Source of the DNA: the human T2T-CHM13v2.0 reference genome, Homo sapiens
Length of the DNA stretch: 64,000 nucleotides
Assembly (NCBI RefSeq): GCF_009914755.1
Contig: NC_060928.1
Strand: one strand, 5' to 3'
The notes under the pieces were generated by a model. It had not been told where the DNA came from. It made no database searches and saw only the letters and a program-made list of their open reading frames with translations. Positions 18,268 to 38,169 of the stretch are shown here, in pieces (the first letter of the stretch is position 1; every line of letters begins with the position of its first letter). The position numbers and the translations under genes are program-made.

Positions 18268-19879
18268 AGTGACGCGCCCCCGCCTCCCTCCAACCCGGCC
18301 CGGGCTCGACCTTCCCCCGGCGGGCGCCTGCGACCCCCGCCCGCCCCTGATCTGGGCGCCCCCGGCTCTGCCCCCCCGCCCCCAGCCCGACGGTGCGGGC
18401 CTGCTCCCTACAGGGTCCGCGCGGGGCCGGTGGGTGCAAAACCCTCGGGCGGAGAAGTCGCTGCCTCCCGAGCGGAGGGGCCAGGGGTTGGGAGTCGCTG
18501 CCGCCCCCATTCTCCGGTGACCGTGTCCCTGAGCGCCGCCCGCCGCCCCGACCCCTCTGCCCCGACCTCCCCGTATCGCAGGGCGGGAGAAGGGGGCCCC
18601 CAGACCCCTGAAAACCCACGCAAGCCCCTCGCAGCCAGAGACCCGCAGGCCGGCCCGGGCTCACTTTCGGTGTAACGGAGTCGCTGTTTCCTTTACCGGG
18701 ACGAAGGCCAGAGACCCCACCGCTCCCTCCCCTGGCCCCCGGGATTTCCTCTGCAGCGGACGCGGCACTGCGGGAGAGCGGGGTCGCCGCAAGGTCGGCC
18801 CTGCGGTTCGCGCTGTGCAGTGTCGGGAGCCAGGCGGCGGGAGGGATGGGGCGCACCGCGACCCTAGAGCTGCCCTGTGCTCCTGGCGGGGTGGGGGTGG
18901 GGAGGGGGGAGGGGGGCCGCTGCCGGTGGCCGCCGCACTAACTTGTCACTGTCCCCTCCGTGCTGAGTCCTGGGGACTCCCCTGGCGCAGGGAAGATGCG
19001 GCCCCTCCCCCGCCCTCAGCCCCATCCCCTCCGGTGCCCCGTGTTTAGCCTGAGCTCAGGAGGACTCAGAGGCCTGGACTCCCAGCCTTGGCCCCAGCGC
19101 CTCTGCCCCCGTCCCCACTCTTCTGCTGACTTGGCAGGGGACCCTTCGCAGAGGAAGGGAGCGCTGGGGGAGAGGGAAGGGTGAAGGCACCAGGGCCAAG
19201 CCCACGGGGGCTCCCTGAGACAGCCATGAGGGTCCCGTGGGCCTGGGGGTTCACAGGCAACCTCCCAGAGGGGGACCCATGCCCTAGGATTGGGGTCTCT
19301 TCAGCCTCCCTGGCTGGAAGCCATGGGCACCCCCAGCACCGTCCCTTCCTCTCTCCCGGGATCTGAGCCAAGTGGGCTCAGAACGTTGGGCCCAGGGACA
19401 GGAGGCAGGACACATGCCTGGGGGCCCGGCCTGAGCCCCAGCCTGCTCTGCTCCATCTGCTCCTCTAGTCTCCTCAGGACCTGGGAGGGGACAGCAAGGG
19501 TGAGATGTTCGGGTCCAAGAAAGAGGTCACTTCTCGGCCCTGGTGCTTTCTCTCTCCATCCCTAACTGGGTGGATAACCCAACAGCTAACCCGGACAGTA
19601 ACCCCAGAGAGGACCCCAGGGGTGACCCCCTGAGCCCAGAGCCAGGCTCATGACTGACCCTGCCACCTCCACAAGCTGCATGCAAGGGATATGCTGGTGC
19701 CTTTGGGACAGTCTGCACAGGAGTGCAGGGAGGTGCCCGTTCTTCCGAGCAGAAGCACTGGACTCCTAGGCTGACCCCTCCCCGTTCTACAACCCAGGCC
19801 AGCCTGAGCTCCAAGCACACCTGGAGCTGGGGCCTGGGGCACAGAGGACAGAGACCCTCTGCCAGCCCTCACGTTCTGC

Positions 19880-20142
19880 CCTGTCTTCCTCTGCCTCTCT
19901 CTCTGTCTCTTTCTCCGTCGCTGTATCTCTCTGTCACTGTGTCTTTCTGCCCGTCTCTCTGTCTCTATCTTTCTGTCTCTGTCTTTCTCTGTCACTGTAT
20001 CTGTCTCTGTGTCTTTTTGTCTCTCTGTCTCTTTCTATCTCTGTCTCTGTCTTTCTGTCTTTTCTTTCTCTGTCGCTGTATCTCTCTGTCTCTGTGTCTG
20101 TCTCTGTCTCTCTGTGTCCGTCTCTCTCTGTCTCTGCCTGTC
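19880..20142. repeat. CT-rich low-complexity tract
   Basis: Degenerate (TCTCTG)n. Confidence 0.9.
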
Positions 20143-23100
20143 CCTGTTGTTACTTGTTACATCCAGCCACACATGCAGTGACTGCTTCTCAGCTCTCACA
20201 CTTGTCTAGGCCCTAACCTGGGGGTGGGGGGGCCCAGCCACAACTTGGGGGAAATAGACAAGGTTGGTGACAGCCCCAGGTCAGAGTGACAAGTGGCCTA
20301 GGGAAGGGAAAGTGGGCATCTGCTGGAGGAGTTGAGGGTGGTGCCCACTCAGGGTGTGTGAGCTGGGCCAGGGGAAGGGAAAGTGGGCATCTGCTGGAGG
20401 GCTTCAGGGTGGTGCCCACTCAGGGTGTGTGAGCCAGGCCAGGGCTGCCCAGCTGGGATGGGAGTCACAGGCTGCTGGCCAGGAGCCACCCAGGCTCCGT
20501 TCCAGTGGCAGAAGGTGGTGACGCGGCAAAAGGCCTCTGCCAACCCCCACGGGCCACTTGGCCACACCAGGGCAGGTGCGGTTGGCCCTTCGAGTGCCCA
20601 GAGGAGGCCCTGAGCCCTGGAGAAGAAGCCCCGCAGACCTCCAGCCGGCTGGAAAGGGGCAGGAGCTGAGTGAGAAAGGGGCCAGCAGGTTGAAGGCCAG
20701 GTTGAAGATCCAGGCAGGGAAAACATTTTGCAGGCCGGGGAAGAGTTGGAGGCCACCCCGTCCAGGCGGATGTTGGGAGAAGGAGGAGGTGGGGTGTGGA
20801 GCAAGTCCGGGAGGAGCAGGATGGAGCTCCAACGAGGGCTCCCCCAGAGGTCAGCTTGGAGAAGTGTGAGTGCTTGGCTGGGCCGAGCCCTGGCTGTGGG
20901 GCCTGTGCCAGCCGGTTGGACATGGATGGTACCCCCGGCCCAGCCAGCCCTCTGCTCCTCAGATGCTCCATCCCCAGCCCCAGTGAGGCCAGGGACCCCA
21001 GGAGCACAAAGCAGGACTGTGTGAGGACCATGTGGCACTGGGTTTGAGACCCTGCGGGGTCACTCCAGACAGCAGGGAAAGGAGGCAGCTGCCCTGCTGC
21101 AACCTCCAGCTCTAGCCTCTCTGGAAGCCCCTGCCAAGGCCTCCACTGCCACCCTGCTCCCATCTTCTGGGTCCCATCTGCCCATAGCCCTCCTGGGTGC
21201 CAGGCATCCTCCTTGCCTTGGGCCAGGAAAGGGTCTGGGAAGCACTGTCAGGGTTTCCTGGGGTTGGCCTTGAGTCCTGGCGTGGGGTGTGGCCAGGGGG
21301 CCATGTCCCCCATGGGCCCAGCAGGAGGGCAGCGCTCTGCCACACCGCATGTGTGGATCCGGCCCACAGCACCCACCCAGAACCTTCAAACACAAACTTA
21401 ATAGTTACATGTGCTGAGTGATTCAGTCTGAGTGCCGACACCATCCACGCTGTCATTTTCCTGCTGGATTTTGATATTCCAAAAGTAACAACACGTGAAA
21501 AGCGTGAGCAAAGCAAGATGTAGACCCTTGCCGTTTGCCAGAGCTGGGGCAGGACCTGGGCTGAGTGGAGGGTGTCCTCGCCTGGGAAGCGCCCTGAACC
21601 CGTTCCCCTCCTCCACTGGGTGAGAGAGGTCCAGCATCTAGCCGGGGGAAGCCAGCGCCTGGGAGGTCAGCCTAGTGGGCCCCTGGGAGCAGAGCAGAGG
21701 TACTGCCGCAGCTGAGCGAATGCTTGTGCCCCAGGCCCTGCCCTGGGGTCCTGGGATCCACGGCTGCCCGGTCACACGGTGCCCAGATCTCATGGTGCCC
21801 CAGGGCACACATGGGGCCCGCTCTGAGCTGATCTCTTGCGGCCCAGCATGGTCCCAACCATGCAGTCAGCAGCACCAGGTAGCCGGGTCAGCGGCACTCA
21901 CCCCTGGCTGGAGGGAGCCTCTGAGCTGGGCAAGGCCAGGTCCCGGGCAGCCCACCCGCCAGGCCAGGGCCCTCCAGCTTCAGGGGGAGCCACCGGCTCC
22001 AGCCCTGCGCTGAGTGTGGGGTGTGGATCTGGCCTCCTTCAGCCGGGGACCCTGATCCACCAGGGACCCAGGGCAACAAAAGAGCCGCCCGTGGGGAGTG
22101 GGCTTGGGGTGGACAAACCCAGAGGCTGTGGAGGAAAGGGGCCTTGCTGTGGGCTGCAGCTGCTCGAGGGACTCCGCCCTCCCAGCCTCAACACCTCAGG
22201 GCAGGAAGGAGGGGCTTCAGGGGCCTTCCCGGAGGACAGGGTGAGAGACAGCTCGTCTGGGAGAGGCAGGGCTGGCCCAGGGGTGTGGCTGGCTGGGTGG
22301 TGAGCACAGTGGGTGGTGCTGGAATTTGGAGATGGGCAAGAGATCCTGGGAGCTGCCAGTCGTGGGGAGGAGAAGTTTCCCGGGAGGATCCTGGGCCAAA
22401 CACCTGCACTCCTGGGACCCAGAGCCTCAGATGCTCCTTAGGGTCTTGAGTGCCGTGTGATGGAGCCGGAAGGGGTAGGCGGGGGGCAGAGGGCAGGGAG
22501 AGCTGGGTTGAAGCCAGGCTCAGAACGCCGAATGCCCCTTCCCTCCCTCCCTCTCCTCCAGTGACACCTGGAGTGAGGCCACATCACATGCATGTGGGTA
22601 TTTTTGGGAGCATTTCATGCCCAGGAAGTGGGAGGAGGAGCTATTTTGGCTCCCCAGGAGCACGGGACCCCTCCGGCAGCCCTGGTGCTCACTTAGGGAA
22701 AGGGCGTGCACGGCTCAGCCGGGCTGTGGCCTTCTCTGTGTCCCCTAGGGCTTGACCTCCTGACTGTCGGACTTTGTGTCCATGGGTGTGGTGGGGGCAC
22801 AGTGGCGGAAGTGAGTCCCTGGGGCTGTCCCTGGAGGGCAGAGCAGGGGCATCTTAGGGTGGGGTGGGCCTGGGAAGGTGCGGGAGGGCAGCACCGTCTC
22901 ACAGGGCAGTGGGCGCCAAGGCAGTGCTGCAGGACAGGGCAGTCACCCCAGCAGTGTAGACAGCATAGCGGCGCCCAGCAGAGGGAGGGTGTCCAGTTCC
23001 AGGGAAGGTGCCTGGGCAGCTGGAGGCCAGCAGACAGGGGTGTTCACAGCACAGAAGTTGTGCGTTGCAAACCAAGGCTTCCTGGGTCTCAGCTCCCCCT

Positions 23101-23495
23101 GCTCAGGGGCTCCTGCTGGGCCAGGGACACACGTGTGGAGTGGGCAGCCTGGCCCTGTGTGGCCTCTCTCTGAGCTGCCTCCAGGAAGCTTCAGGAAGCT
23201 TCAGAGGCTCCCACGAGGTGATACGGGAGAAGCTGCTGCCTAGGGTATGTGTATCCCACAGCCCCTGGCCCCGTCCACCCACCCTGCTCCTTTGCTTAGG
23301 CACTGGCTCAGCCCTCAGTAGCTCAGCCACCCACTAGCACACAAGTGTTTCCAGACACTGCTGGGAGCTGGGCACTTGTCCTGAGGAGGGCAGGTGGGGC
23401 TGTGTCCTCACAGGGTCGTGTGCTGGGAGGAGACAGTGGACAGGAGCTCAGGAGATGGCAACAAGAACCCTGCAGGAGCCTGAGACAGAGTAGGG

Positions 23496-23987
23496 AGAAC
23501 ACGGCCATTGGGGGGTCAAGCCAGCCCTGAATAACTTGATGTCACCCAGGCCCATCACAGGTGAGGGGATCACGGCCGGTGGGGGGTCAAGCCAGCCCTG
23601 AATGACCGGATGTCACCCAGGCCCATCACAGGTGAGGTGAGCACAACTGTTGAGGGGTCAAGCCAGCCCTGAATGACTGGATGCCACCCAGGCCCGTCAC
23701 AGGTGAGGGGAGCACGGCCAGTGGGGGATCAAGCCAGCCCTGAATGACTGGATGTCACCCAGGCCCGTCACAGGTGAGGGGAGCACGGCCGGTGGGGGAT
23801 CAAGCCAGCCCTGAATGACTGGATGTCACCCAGGCCCGTCACAGGTGAGGGGAGCACGGCCGGTGGGGGATCAAGCCAGCCCTGAATGACTGGATGTCAC
23901 CCAGGCCCGTCACAGGTGAGGGGAGCACGGCCGGTGGGTGATCAAGCCAGCCCTAAATGATTGGAGGTCACCCAGGCCTGTCACAGG
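23496..23987. repeat. 71-bp minisatellite, ~7 copies
   Basis: aggtgagg recurs at 23559, 23630, 23701, 23772, 23843 and 23914. Confidence 0.95.
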
Positions 23988-25192
23988 AAACCCAAGGAGT
24001 GCCCACAGTGTGGGCTGAGGCCTGGGGCGGGGACAGAAAGGAGCCCTGAGTCCAGCCTGGGGGAGGCTGCTCCAGGCTGTGCACCCCACGGTCCCAGCAC
24101 ACAGTGGCAAAGGGGTACCTGTGACCCCACAGGTGCTGCAGAAACATCTGGAGGGTGTGATTCCCAACCTGTGCTAATGGTGAGGCTGGTGTGGCTCAGA
24201 GAGGTGAGCCCTTAGCCCAGCGTCATACCACTGGCCCTAAACCAACAATGTTGGAGCAGAGTCAGCCCCACAAAGGAAACGGGGCATTTACTGAAAAGAG
24301 TCAACTTGCGGGCACCCTGGGGCAGCCCAGTCCCAGGCGGTGACTTCCCAGGTGGGGCCAGGAAGGGCACTGGGGCAGAACACACGGGGACCCGGGGGGT
24401 GTGGAGAGGGCTTGGGGGCCACCCAGCCAGGACCCCATGGAGGAGGCATTGAGGGAGTTGCCTCAATCTGGGCCACCCGAGCCCCTTGCCAGGCATGGCG
24501 AGCCTGGGGACTCAAGTCAGCTGCCCTGGCTGGGCTGAGCCTTTTGGGCCACATCCCTGCCCCCAGAGCTCCAGGCCTCACTCAGGGCTCCTTTCCGTGC
24601 CGGCTCCTCAGAAGATGGGAGGGTTGAAGGGCTCCCCTCACCCACAGGTGCCCAGCAAGGACCCCTGGGGGCCGAAGGCTCCAGCCCTCGGGCCCTCTGG
24701 GCTGCTTGGGAATTGCAGTTTGGTGCTGACTGTGGACGTGGCTGCGCCCTCTGCCCTGAGCCCGCTTCTCTCTGAGCTGAGTTCTGGAGCCTCTTCCTTC
24801 TCAGGATCTTGACACTCAATGCTGGTCCCCGATCCCTGCGGATCTCAGGGTCTCTCTGGGGGCTAGGAAGGGACGAACTCTCCCAGATAGCAAGGTTACA
24901 GGTTAAAGTGGGGCCTTTTTCCCAAATTGGCCTATGGGGTGTGACAGAGGCTCTCTGGGCCTGAAGTGTCACTCCCAAGGGAAGGGGTCACGTCCTGGGG
25001 CCGGGAGCAAGTGTGAGCCATGAGAGGTGGCGGCAGAGCTAGTTCCATGGGTTCTGCTGTGATGGCAGCTCAGGCTGGGAGACTTATAAGGACCGAGACT
25101 GAGGCCCACAGCTCCACAGGCCTGGCAGGATGCGGTCAACGTGTGGGCACGGAGGGAGGCCCCCTTGCTGCGGCCTCATGTGGTGGAAGACA

Positions 25193-25345
25193 GAGGAAGG
25201 AGGAAGGTGGAAGGAGGAAGGGGGAAGAAGGAAGGAGGGAGGGGGAAAGGAGGAAGGAGGAAGGGGGAAAGAGGAAGGGGGAAGAGGGAAGGGAGAATGG
25301 GGAAGCGGGGTGGAAGGAGGAAGGAAGAGGGGGAAGGTGGAAGAG
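25193..25345. repeat. Polypurine GGAA/GGAG tract
   Basis: Almost entirely A/G on the plus strand. Confidence 0.9.
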
Positions 25346-27679
25346 GGATGAGGCTTCAGGTCGGAGCAGAGACCACCCTGGCGGAGGAACCAAGCCTGCC
25401 CTCAGCCCCACTGTCTGCCAGCCAGGTATTTTGGGCCAGGAGGGAAGGCTCGGTCACCCCTGGCCGGGTGGCTAATGCTGTCCCCCTGTGCAGCTGGCCA
25501 CTGTGTTCCAGCCAGGCAGGCTCTGTACACAGAGCCCTGAGACTGGTGTCCCCAAGGTGAGGGAGTCAAACCCATGTGCCTGGACCAGCTGATGTCAGGA
25601 CAGAGCCCTGCCCAGGAGCTGGATGGGGCCCCCGAGCCGGCCCAGCCAGGCGCTCTGTACCCGGGGCTCCCAAATCCTGCCCAGCATCCTCTCCACTTCC
25701 TCCTCTGACATGCTGGGTGACAAGTGGAGTTGTGGGTGCTAAACCAGTGATGTCCTCCGGCTCTCAGCTGGCTGTGTGGCTGGGCCTCTCCCTGTGAGCC
25801 GGGTCGGCCCTTCCGCCAGCCCGGGCAGAACGTGGTTTTGAATCTGAGATTGCTGCTTGTTAGAAAAGTCAGGCAAGGGAGGGGACAGGCTGAAAACCTG
25901 CTTCTGTGATGCTGTAACAGAGAAAACCACGGACTGGCTCCCTCCTGGGGCGCGGCCGGGTGGCCGTGTGCCCTGGGTGCAGCTGTCAGTTGCATTCTGC
26001 TGTGGCCGAGAGCAGATGATGAAGGCTGCAAAGCCTGACCATTCAGATTTTCTGCCGGACGCTGAGGTGGCAAAATAAACCAACACAGAGAGGTGTGGGT
26101 CAGGCACGGGATGTCTGGTTCCCGAAAGCGTCTGCCACTGACCAGGCGGAACACACGGGGCCCCCTCTGCTTGGCCGGGGGCGGCTGCCATGCTGGTCCC
26201 GATGGTCAGCCCTGGTTGGCTGAGCCACGCACATTGGACGTGCCAGCACGAGACAGCCCGGGGCAGGAGTGGTCACAGCGTGGGACCTGCCTGGATGCGG
26301 CGTGGATGCGGCCCCCCGGGTGAGGCCTGGGTGGGACTCCCCTTGCCACCCCTCCACTCCTTCCCTAGAACAGAGGAAGGTCACGGAAGCGTCCCCTGGG
26401 CTTGTGGCTGTGGTGCTGGGATGGCTTTGGGGCTTGTGTCTGGGAGGTCAGAATATCCGGCAGGGGCCAGAGACGGCAGGGCTGAGGAACGCTGTGGGTG
26501 AGGGGACAGATGGGACACAGAGAGACCAGGGTCTTGGGTAGAAAGTGCTGGAGCCAAGGCTGAAAGTGCAAAGGGGCCCCTGGGGGCTCTGCAGAGCAAG
26601 CGAGAGGCAGGCAGAGCCAGGGGCGGGAAGTCCAGTGGTGGGGTCTGCCGTGCCCTGGACACCGCCCAGGAGAGGCCCCGGGTTGCAGACCAGAGACCCC
26701 AGAGTGGCTTCTTGTGGTTCCCTGGAGTGCGGTGGGCTGCCCTCTCCTGAGGTCCCAAGGAGGCAGGCAGGGCCCTGCCGATGCCCCAGCCCTGACCCCT
26801 GTGCAGGCCGGGCTGTGGGTCTGGACACCCCCTGGGCTCCAGCAGCCACAGCCACTGTCCAGGGCAGTCCAGCCACACCCCACCCTTCTCTCCCATCGAT
26901 TCCCACCCAGGACAGCTCTGACCCCGCCCCAACCAGGCACCCACTGCAGCTCGCCTGCGGTAGGACAGTCGGGGTCTGCTGCCACCTGGGGCTTCTGGGG
27001 GGACGTGGAGTCCTCAGCCCCCGGCTCGGGTCATCCTGCTGCAGTGGCAGTCGGGCGTGGTCTGTTTCTGAGAAGATGGTGTTTGAGGCAGGAAGCCGAG
27101 GGGGACGGAGCAGAGAGGGCTGCCACAGCTGCAGAACCAGCAGATGCCTTGCAGGCACTGAGGGCAGGTGTGGCCGGCACCTAGCGGGTGCAGCTGGGTG
27201 CGGAGGGCACAAGGAGAAGGCTCGGAAGTGCCACAGCCGCCTGATTTCTGGCCGCAGTCCAACCAGGCCGGCTGATAAGAGAATTCCAAACCTGCCTGAG
27301 AGCTCGGCAGCCCTCCTGCTGTTCACAGGCCGGGTCCCAACAGCAAATGACTCCCCAGCCCCGGCTGTGCCACTGCCAGGAAGTTGCCGAGAGGCCAGAG
27401 GTAGACAAGGCAGGGCCGCAGCGTGCCCCGCGGAGCCCTTCAGGCCACGGCCGCACGCGGCATCCTTGGGCTGAGAGTCCCCAGCTCACATCACCGGGGG
27501 CCCCTCAGGACATTCAGGGGCCAAGACAGCTTTGGCAGCTCCCACTCCTCTCCCAGTGGCCTCTGGGCTCAGACACCCGGACTGCGTCCTCAGGAGTGGA
27601 GCTCCCCGAGGAAAGAGTGCCTTTGCTTCCCTTGACGTGTCCTGCACTTTGTGTCAGCCAGCGCGGCAGCAAGAACGAG

Positions 27680-28310
27680 CACACGGGGACAGAAGCTCAT
27701 CTGAACCTGCCGGCCCGTGTCGGTGTCCAGCGCGGAGGCGCTGTGTCCGCAGGGCACCTGCATCCTCATAAGCTGGACTGACTGCCGTGGGGCCCGGTGC
27801 CCCATGTCCAGTGCATCCCAGACTAGAACAAAGACTTGCACACGGCGTCCACCACAGCACAAGCCACAGCAGCCACGGGGGAGGCAGCCACGGGGGAGGC
27901 CGCCCAGCGCCATCGGCAGAGCACAGACACGCAAACTGTGGTCCCGCCACACGTGGACCGTGATTCTGCTTCAAGAGGAATGAGGCTGTGGCACAGGCCG
28001 TGGCGTGGACAAGCCTTGAAGACGGCATGTCAGTGAGAGAAGCCGGACACAAAGGCCTCGAGGTGCACGCTTCTGTTTATAGGGAACGTCCGGACAGGCA
28101 AATCCGCAGAGACAGAAATGCGACTGCAGCTGCTGAGGCTGGGGAGCATGCGGGGGACTGGGATGGCGTCTCCTTGAGAGGTGACAGGAACGCTCTGGAG
28201 CCAGAGAGCGGCGACGGTGGCTGCATGGCAGCATGAATGCGCTTAACCGCCGCTGAATCGTACACTTCGAAACAGTCCGCTTTATGTTACGTGGATTTCA
28301 TTTCAACAAA
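27680..28310 (+). mobile_element. L1M(B/E) 3' end, strongly GC-shifted
   Basis: aggaatgag...ccttgaagac...agtgagagaagccggacacaaaggcc...caggcaaatccgcagagacagaaa follows the L1M 3' consensus order. Confidence 0.7.
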
Positions 28311-29579
28311 CAGCAAACAACCCCTTCAGGGCTTCTACTAGGAAAATAAATTTGAATAGATTTATCAACTACGTTTTGAGCTGCCCCAATGGACATGAAT
28401 AAAGCTGCATTCTTTAAGCATTAAAAGAAAAAAAAATGGGGGCAGCTCTGGTGGCAGCTGCGAGCCGTGAGGGCCCCAGGTCCCTCCCAGCACACTGCCT
28501 GGGGCAGCCCCTTCCTGCACTCAGTCCTGGCCAGGCCGGCGGGGGCTGCTCCGGCCCCCAGCACTGAGAACCACGTGTGTGTCCCAGAAGTGGTGCTGCA
28601 CTCGGGAAGGACAGGCCTGGCCCCTCGCCGGCAGCGTGGCCTTGGGAGGCTGCGTCACTCTCAGGCCTTGGCTTCGTTCCCCGGCAGAGGGGCCTCCCGG
28701 GGCTGGGCCAGCTCCCGACCCGCTTGGGAGGCTGCAGTTTCCCGAGTCCTCTGCCCACACCAGTGTCTCTCGCACAGCCCATCAGCCGCCCACCGCAGCA
28801 GGTGGCTGAGCGTCCCTCTGCTCCCAGACCCCTGGCCCCAGCCATCCTCCCTTCCCTCTGCTCCTGGTGCCCACAGGCCTGGCCACCACAGAACTGTGTC
28901 TTCCCCTGGGTCCTGGCTGTCCTCGGCCTCCACCGCAGCCAAGGAGGGGACCAGGAAGGCCCAGCCACCTGAAGGGGACAGGCAGAGGGCAGAGGACAGC
29001 AATGACTGTGACCCCATGAACCCGCCAGCTCAGGGTGGCGTGTGGCCCCTGCAGCCATTGTGTCATGAACAAGCTGTAGTTCAGCCACCAACTATTTTGC
29101 CCACATTCCCAGCTCACAGTTACCTACAGACTGATAAGTGCCATTGTCAGGGAGGCATTGTCTGTCCTTGTCAGGGAGGAGAGCATGGGAATAGAGCCAT
29201 GTGGCCCACTACTCCTGACTCCCCCTCCTCCAGGCACCATTGCACCCTGTGGACCTGGGAATGCAGCCCCCTGCCCACACTGAACCCCAGAAAGGAGTGT
29301 CTGGGCTGGGTTCAGAAGTGACCCCCACCCTGAATCTCTCCTCTGTGCCTTTGCCCTGAGCATGCTGCTCCTTCCTTCATCCAAGCCCTTCTCATCCTCC
29401 TCCAGGAAGCCCCCCCGACCACCTCCTCCCCACCTGACCTTCTGCTACAGGGATAAGAGAAGGGTGAACCTGGAACCGAGGCAGGATGACTAGGATGGCT
29501 GGGTGGGGCCCACTCTGAGGCTGAGAGGACAGTCAGATGGGGGTGGAAACCAATGGGTGGGGACTGTATACTATGAGGT

Positions 29580-34440
<4,861 letters not shown>

Positions 34441-34748
34441 AATGTAGATGGTGTTCCCATCTGGTGTCATTTTCATTTCCTGTGGACTGTTCAGCTCCCA
34501 ACTCCCAGTCTTCCTGCCTGACTTTGTAGGGTTTTACATCCTATATCCCAGTACTTAGCAACATAGGGGAGGCCAAGGAAGATTTTCAGGGTTCCTTCTC
34601 CCCAGAGATCACTCCTGGCTGGGCTCTGCTTCAGGACCCCTGAACTCTGACCTCCTTCTGCTCCCCTCAGGGCCACTGTCCCATGCCACAGTGGCCTCAG
34701 CAGCGAGCCAGGAATGTGTGTCTCCCTCTTCTCAGGGCCCCTGTTCTA

Positions 34749-35109
<361 letters not shown>

Positions 35110-35434
35110 TTAGTCTGGTCCCTGTCACTCCATCAAGGCTTCCCAGCAAGCATGGACAATGTGACTTGGCTGTGATGTGAGGGCCCCATGGGGACTGCTG
35201 TTCATGCCTCATGGATGATCCTAGCGTTTCAGCACCGAGCAGAGCAGGTGGTGGTGACAGGTCCCCAGGCGCCTTCCCAGAGCAAAGCCTGAAGTGAGGC
35301 CAGTGGGACATCTGGACGGAGGTGAGGTTTCCTGGGCTGGGGGTTGGCAGAGTTGCAGCAGGAACCACAGCAACCCCTCTACTTGGCCCAGGAAAGGAGT
35401 CTGGGCGTAGCCAGGGTCTCTGGATATGCAGCTC

Positions 35435-36400
<966 letters not shown>

Positions 36401-37779
36401 CAGCTGAGGGGGCTGGCAGCAGGGACTTGGAGTTTGATCTTGGGGAAGTGCCAAGGCCAGAATGTGGGGGCTGTGCCGCATGGACCTGCCTCTTCTGGGC
36501 CCTTCTCCAGTCATTAGACCAACCGGAAGCCCCCTCTATCCTAATCTGAGGCCCATGACATCTACGGGGTCTGCAGCCTCTTCCACAAAGGGGGTGCCCT
36601 AGACCTGAGACCAGCATCCTCAGCTTGCGCATGACTGCCCGGCACACCTGGGGCTGGGGGCAGGTTCCCACCCCATCTGAAGGGGCTCTGATGCTGGTAT
36701 GCGCACAGGGGCCACCCCCAACTGGCAGCACAGCCTCCCCCTGCCCTTGGGTTGCTGTGCTTTTCCTCAGAGCTCCTGGAGGTAGTGAAGGTGAGAACAG
36801 CCAGCTGCTGAAGCTGCTGCTGTTTCTTACCTAAGGTGAGGCCCGGCAGGACGCTCAGCAGCTCCAGGACTCGGTGGGCAAAGCTTTGGGGCAAGCCCTT
36901 TTGGAGAAAGCAGTTTGGGGCGGCCAGACGGTGGTCTGTGGCCCTGGAATCTTTGTCCAAACTGACAGAAGGAGGAGGAAATCGGTGTCCCTGCCATGCC
37001 CCCTGTGCCCAGGGGTCGCTGCCTGGATGAGGGTCTGGCATGGGGCTTAGACCTTCAGCTCCACCCAGGCCTGTGGGTGGGGTCGGCGCGCGGCTGCCTG
37101 GAGCTATGGCCACAGTGCAGGAGCGGGGATGAGCTCCTGGAGATGAAGACATAAGCAGGACTTCAGCCTCAGCTGACCTCAGCACTCAGCTTTTCTGCTA
37201 AAAGCAGCTCAGGGACAAAATCAGCCCCTCCCCCAGATCTGAACCTCATTCCAGCCACACTGGCCTCCTGCATGACTCAGTGCCCCCCTCATCTCCTTGC
37301 AGCCAAGTCCTCCCACTTGGAGGCCCACAGAGTTGGGGGGGGGCCTCCATCTTGGGGCAGATGCCCACACCTCTGGGGTTGGCCTTCCTCAGAGCCCTGG
37401 AGCTCCCTGGGGGCACAGGGAGAGGAGGCCCATGGGAGCCCAGGGAGGTGGCCTGAGGGCAGCTGGACATCTGGGGGATGGGGGGATGTCACGGGCCACC
37501 TGGAAAGCAGCCTGCTTAACCCACTGGAGCTTACTATTGAGGGTCTGAGCCCCCGCAGGACAGAAATGCAATCTGCACACGTTTGAGGAGCACAGTTTGA
37601 GGCATTTGACGCGTGCTTGCCTGAAGCCAGCACATCCTCCTCCGCCCACACCCGCCAGCCACGGATCTGCTGCTGGCCTGTCGCGGACTTCACATTTGCT
37701 GGAATTTTACACGAATGGAGTCGTTCACTACCTCCCTCCTTTTGATCTGGCCCCATTTACTGAGCTTGCTGCTCTTCTG

Positions 37780-38147
37780 ACAGTATGGTTTGGATCTGTG
37801 TCCCCACCCAAATCTCCTGCCAAACTGTAATCGCCACATGTCAGGGGAGGGGCCTGCTGGGGGGTGACTAGATCCTGGGGCAGACTTCCCCTTGCTATTC
37901 TCCGGATAGTGAGTTCTCACAAGATCTGCTTGTTTGGAAGCGTGCAGCACTTTCCCCTTTTACTCACTCGCTCTCCCTCCTCCCACCAGCTAAGACGTGC
38001 CTGCTTCCCCTTCGCCTTCCGCCATGATTGTAACTTTCATGAGGCCTCCCCAGCTATGTGGAACTGTGAGTCCATTAATCCTCTTTTCTTTATAAATCAC
38101 CCTGTCTGAGATATGTGTTTATAGCAGTGTGAGAACAGACTAACACA
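37780..38147 (-). mobile_element. MST/THE1 MaLR solo LTR
   Basis: tatggtttgg...ccttccgccatgattgtaa...gaactgtgagtc...ttatagcagtgtgagaacagactaacaca. Confidence 0.85.
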
Positions 38148-38169
38148 CCTGGGCATGCCCTGTGCTGCA

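Larger units (their letters stand above)
17070..18950. promoter_or_regulatory. CPLX1: CpG island / CPLX1 promoter
   Basis: Very high GC and CpG density; many GGGGCGGGG (Sp/KLF) and GCGGGGGCG (EGR) motifs; half-CRE TGACG/CGTCA near 17955, 17998 and 18270; no TATA box seen. Confidence 0.9.

Noticed and set aside
17052-18856. Gly/Arg/Pro-rich ORFs up to 406 aa
   Set aside because: CpG-island and G-repeat sequence is stop-poor; overlapping ORFs occur in most frames and show no domain.
26448-29321. Overlapping 225-309 aa ORFs in the CPLX1-GAK intergenic region
   Set aside because: GC-rich chance ORFs on both strands with no recognisable domain or coherent splice structure; a lncRNA cannot be excluded from sequence alone.
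35228-35248. Second RE1-like site TTCAGCACCGAGCAGAGCAGG
   Set aside because: The right half lacks the critical GG and the 3' end mismatches; too weak to call.
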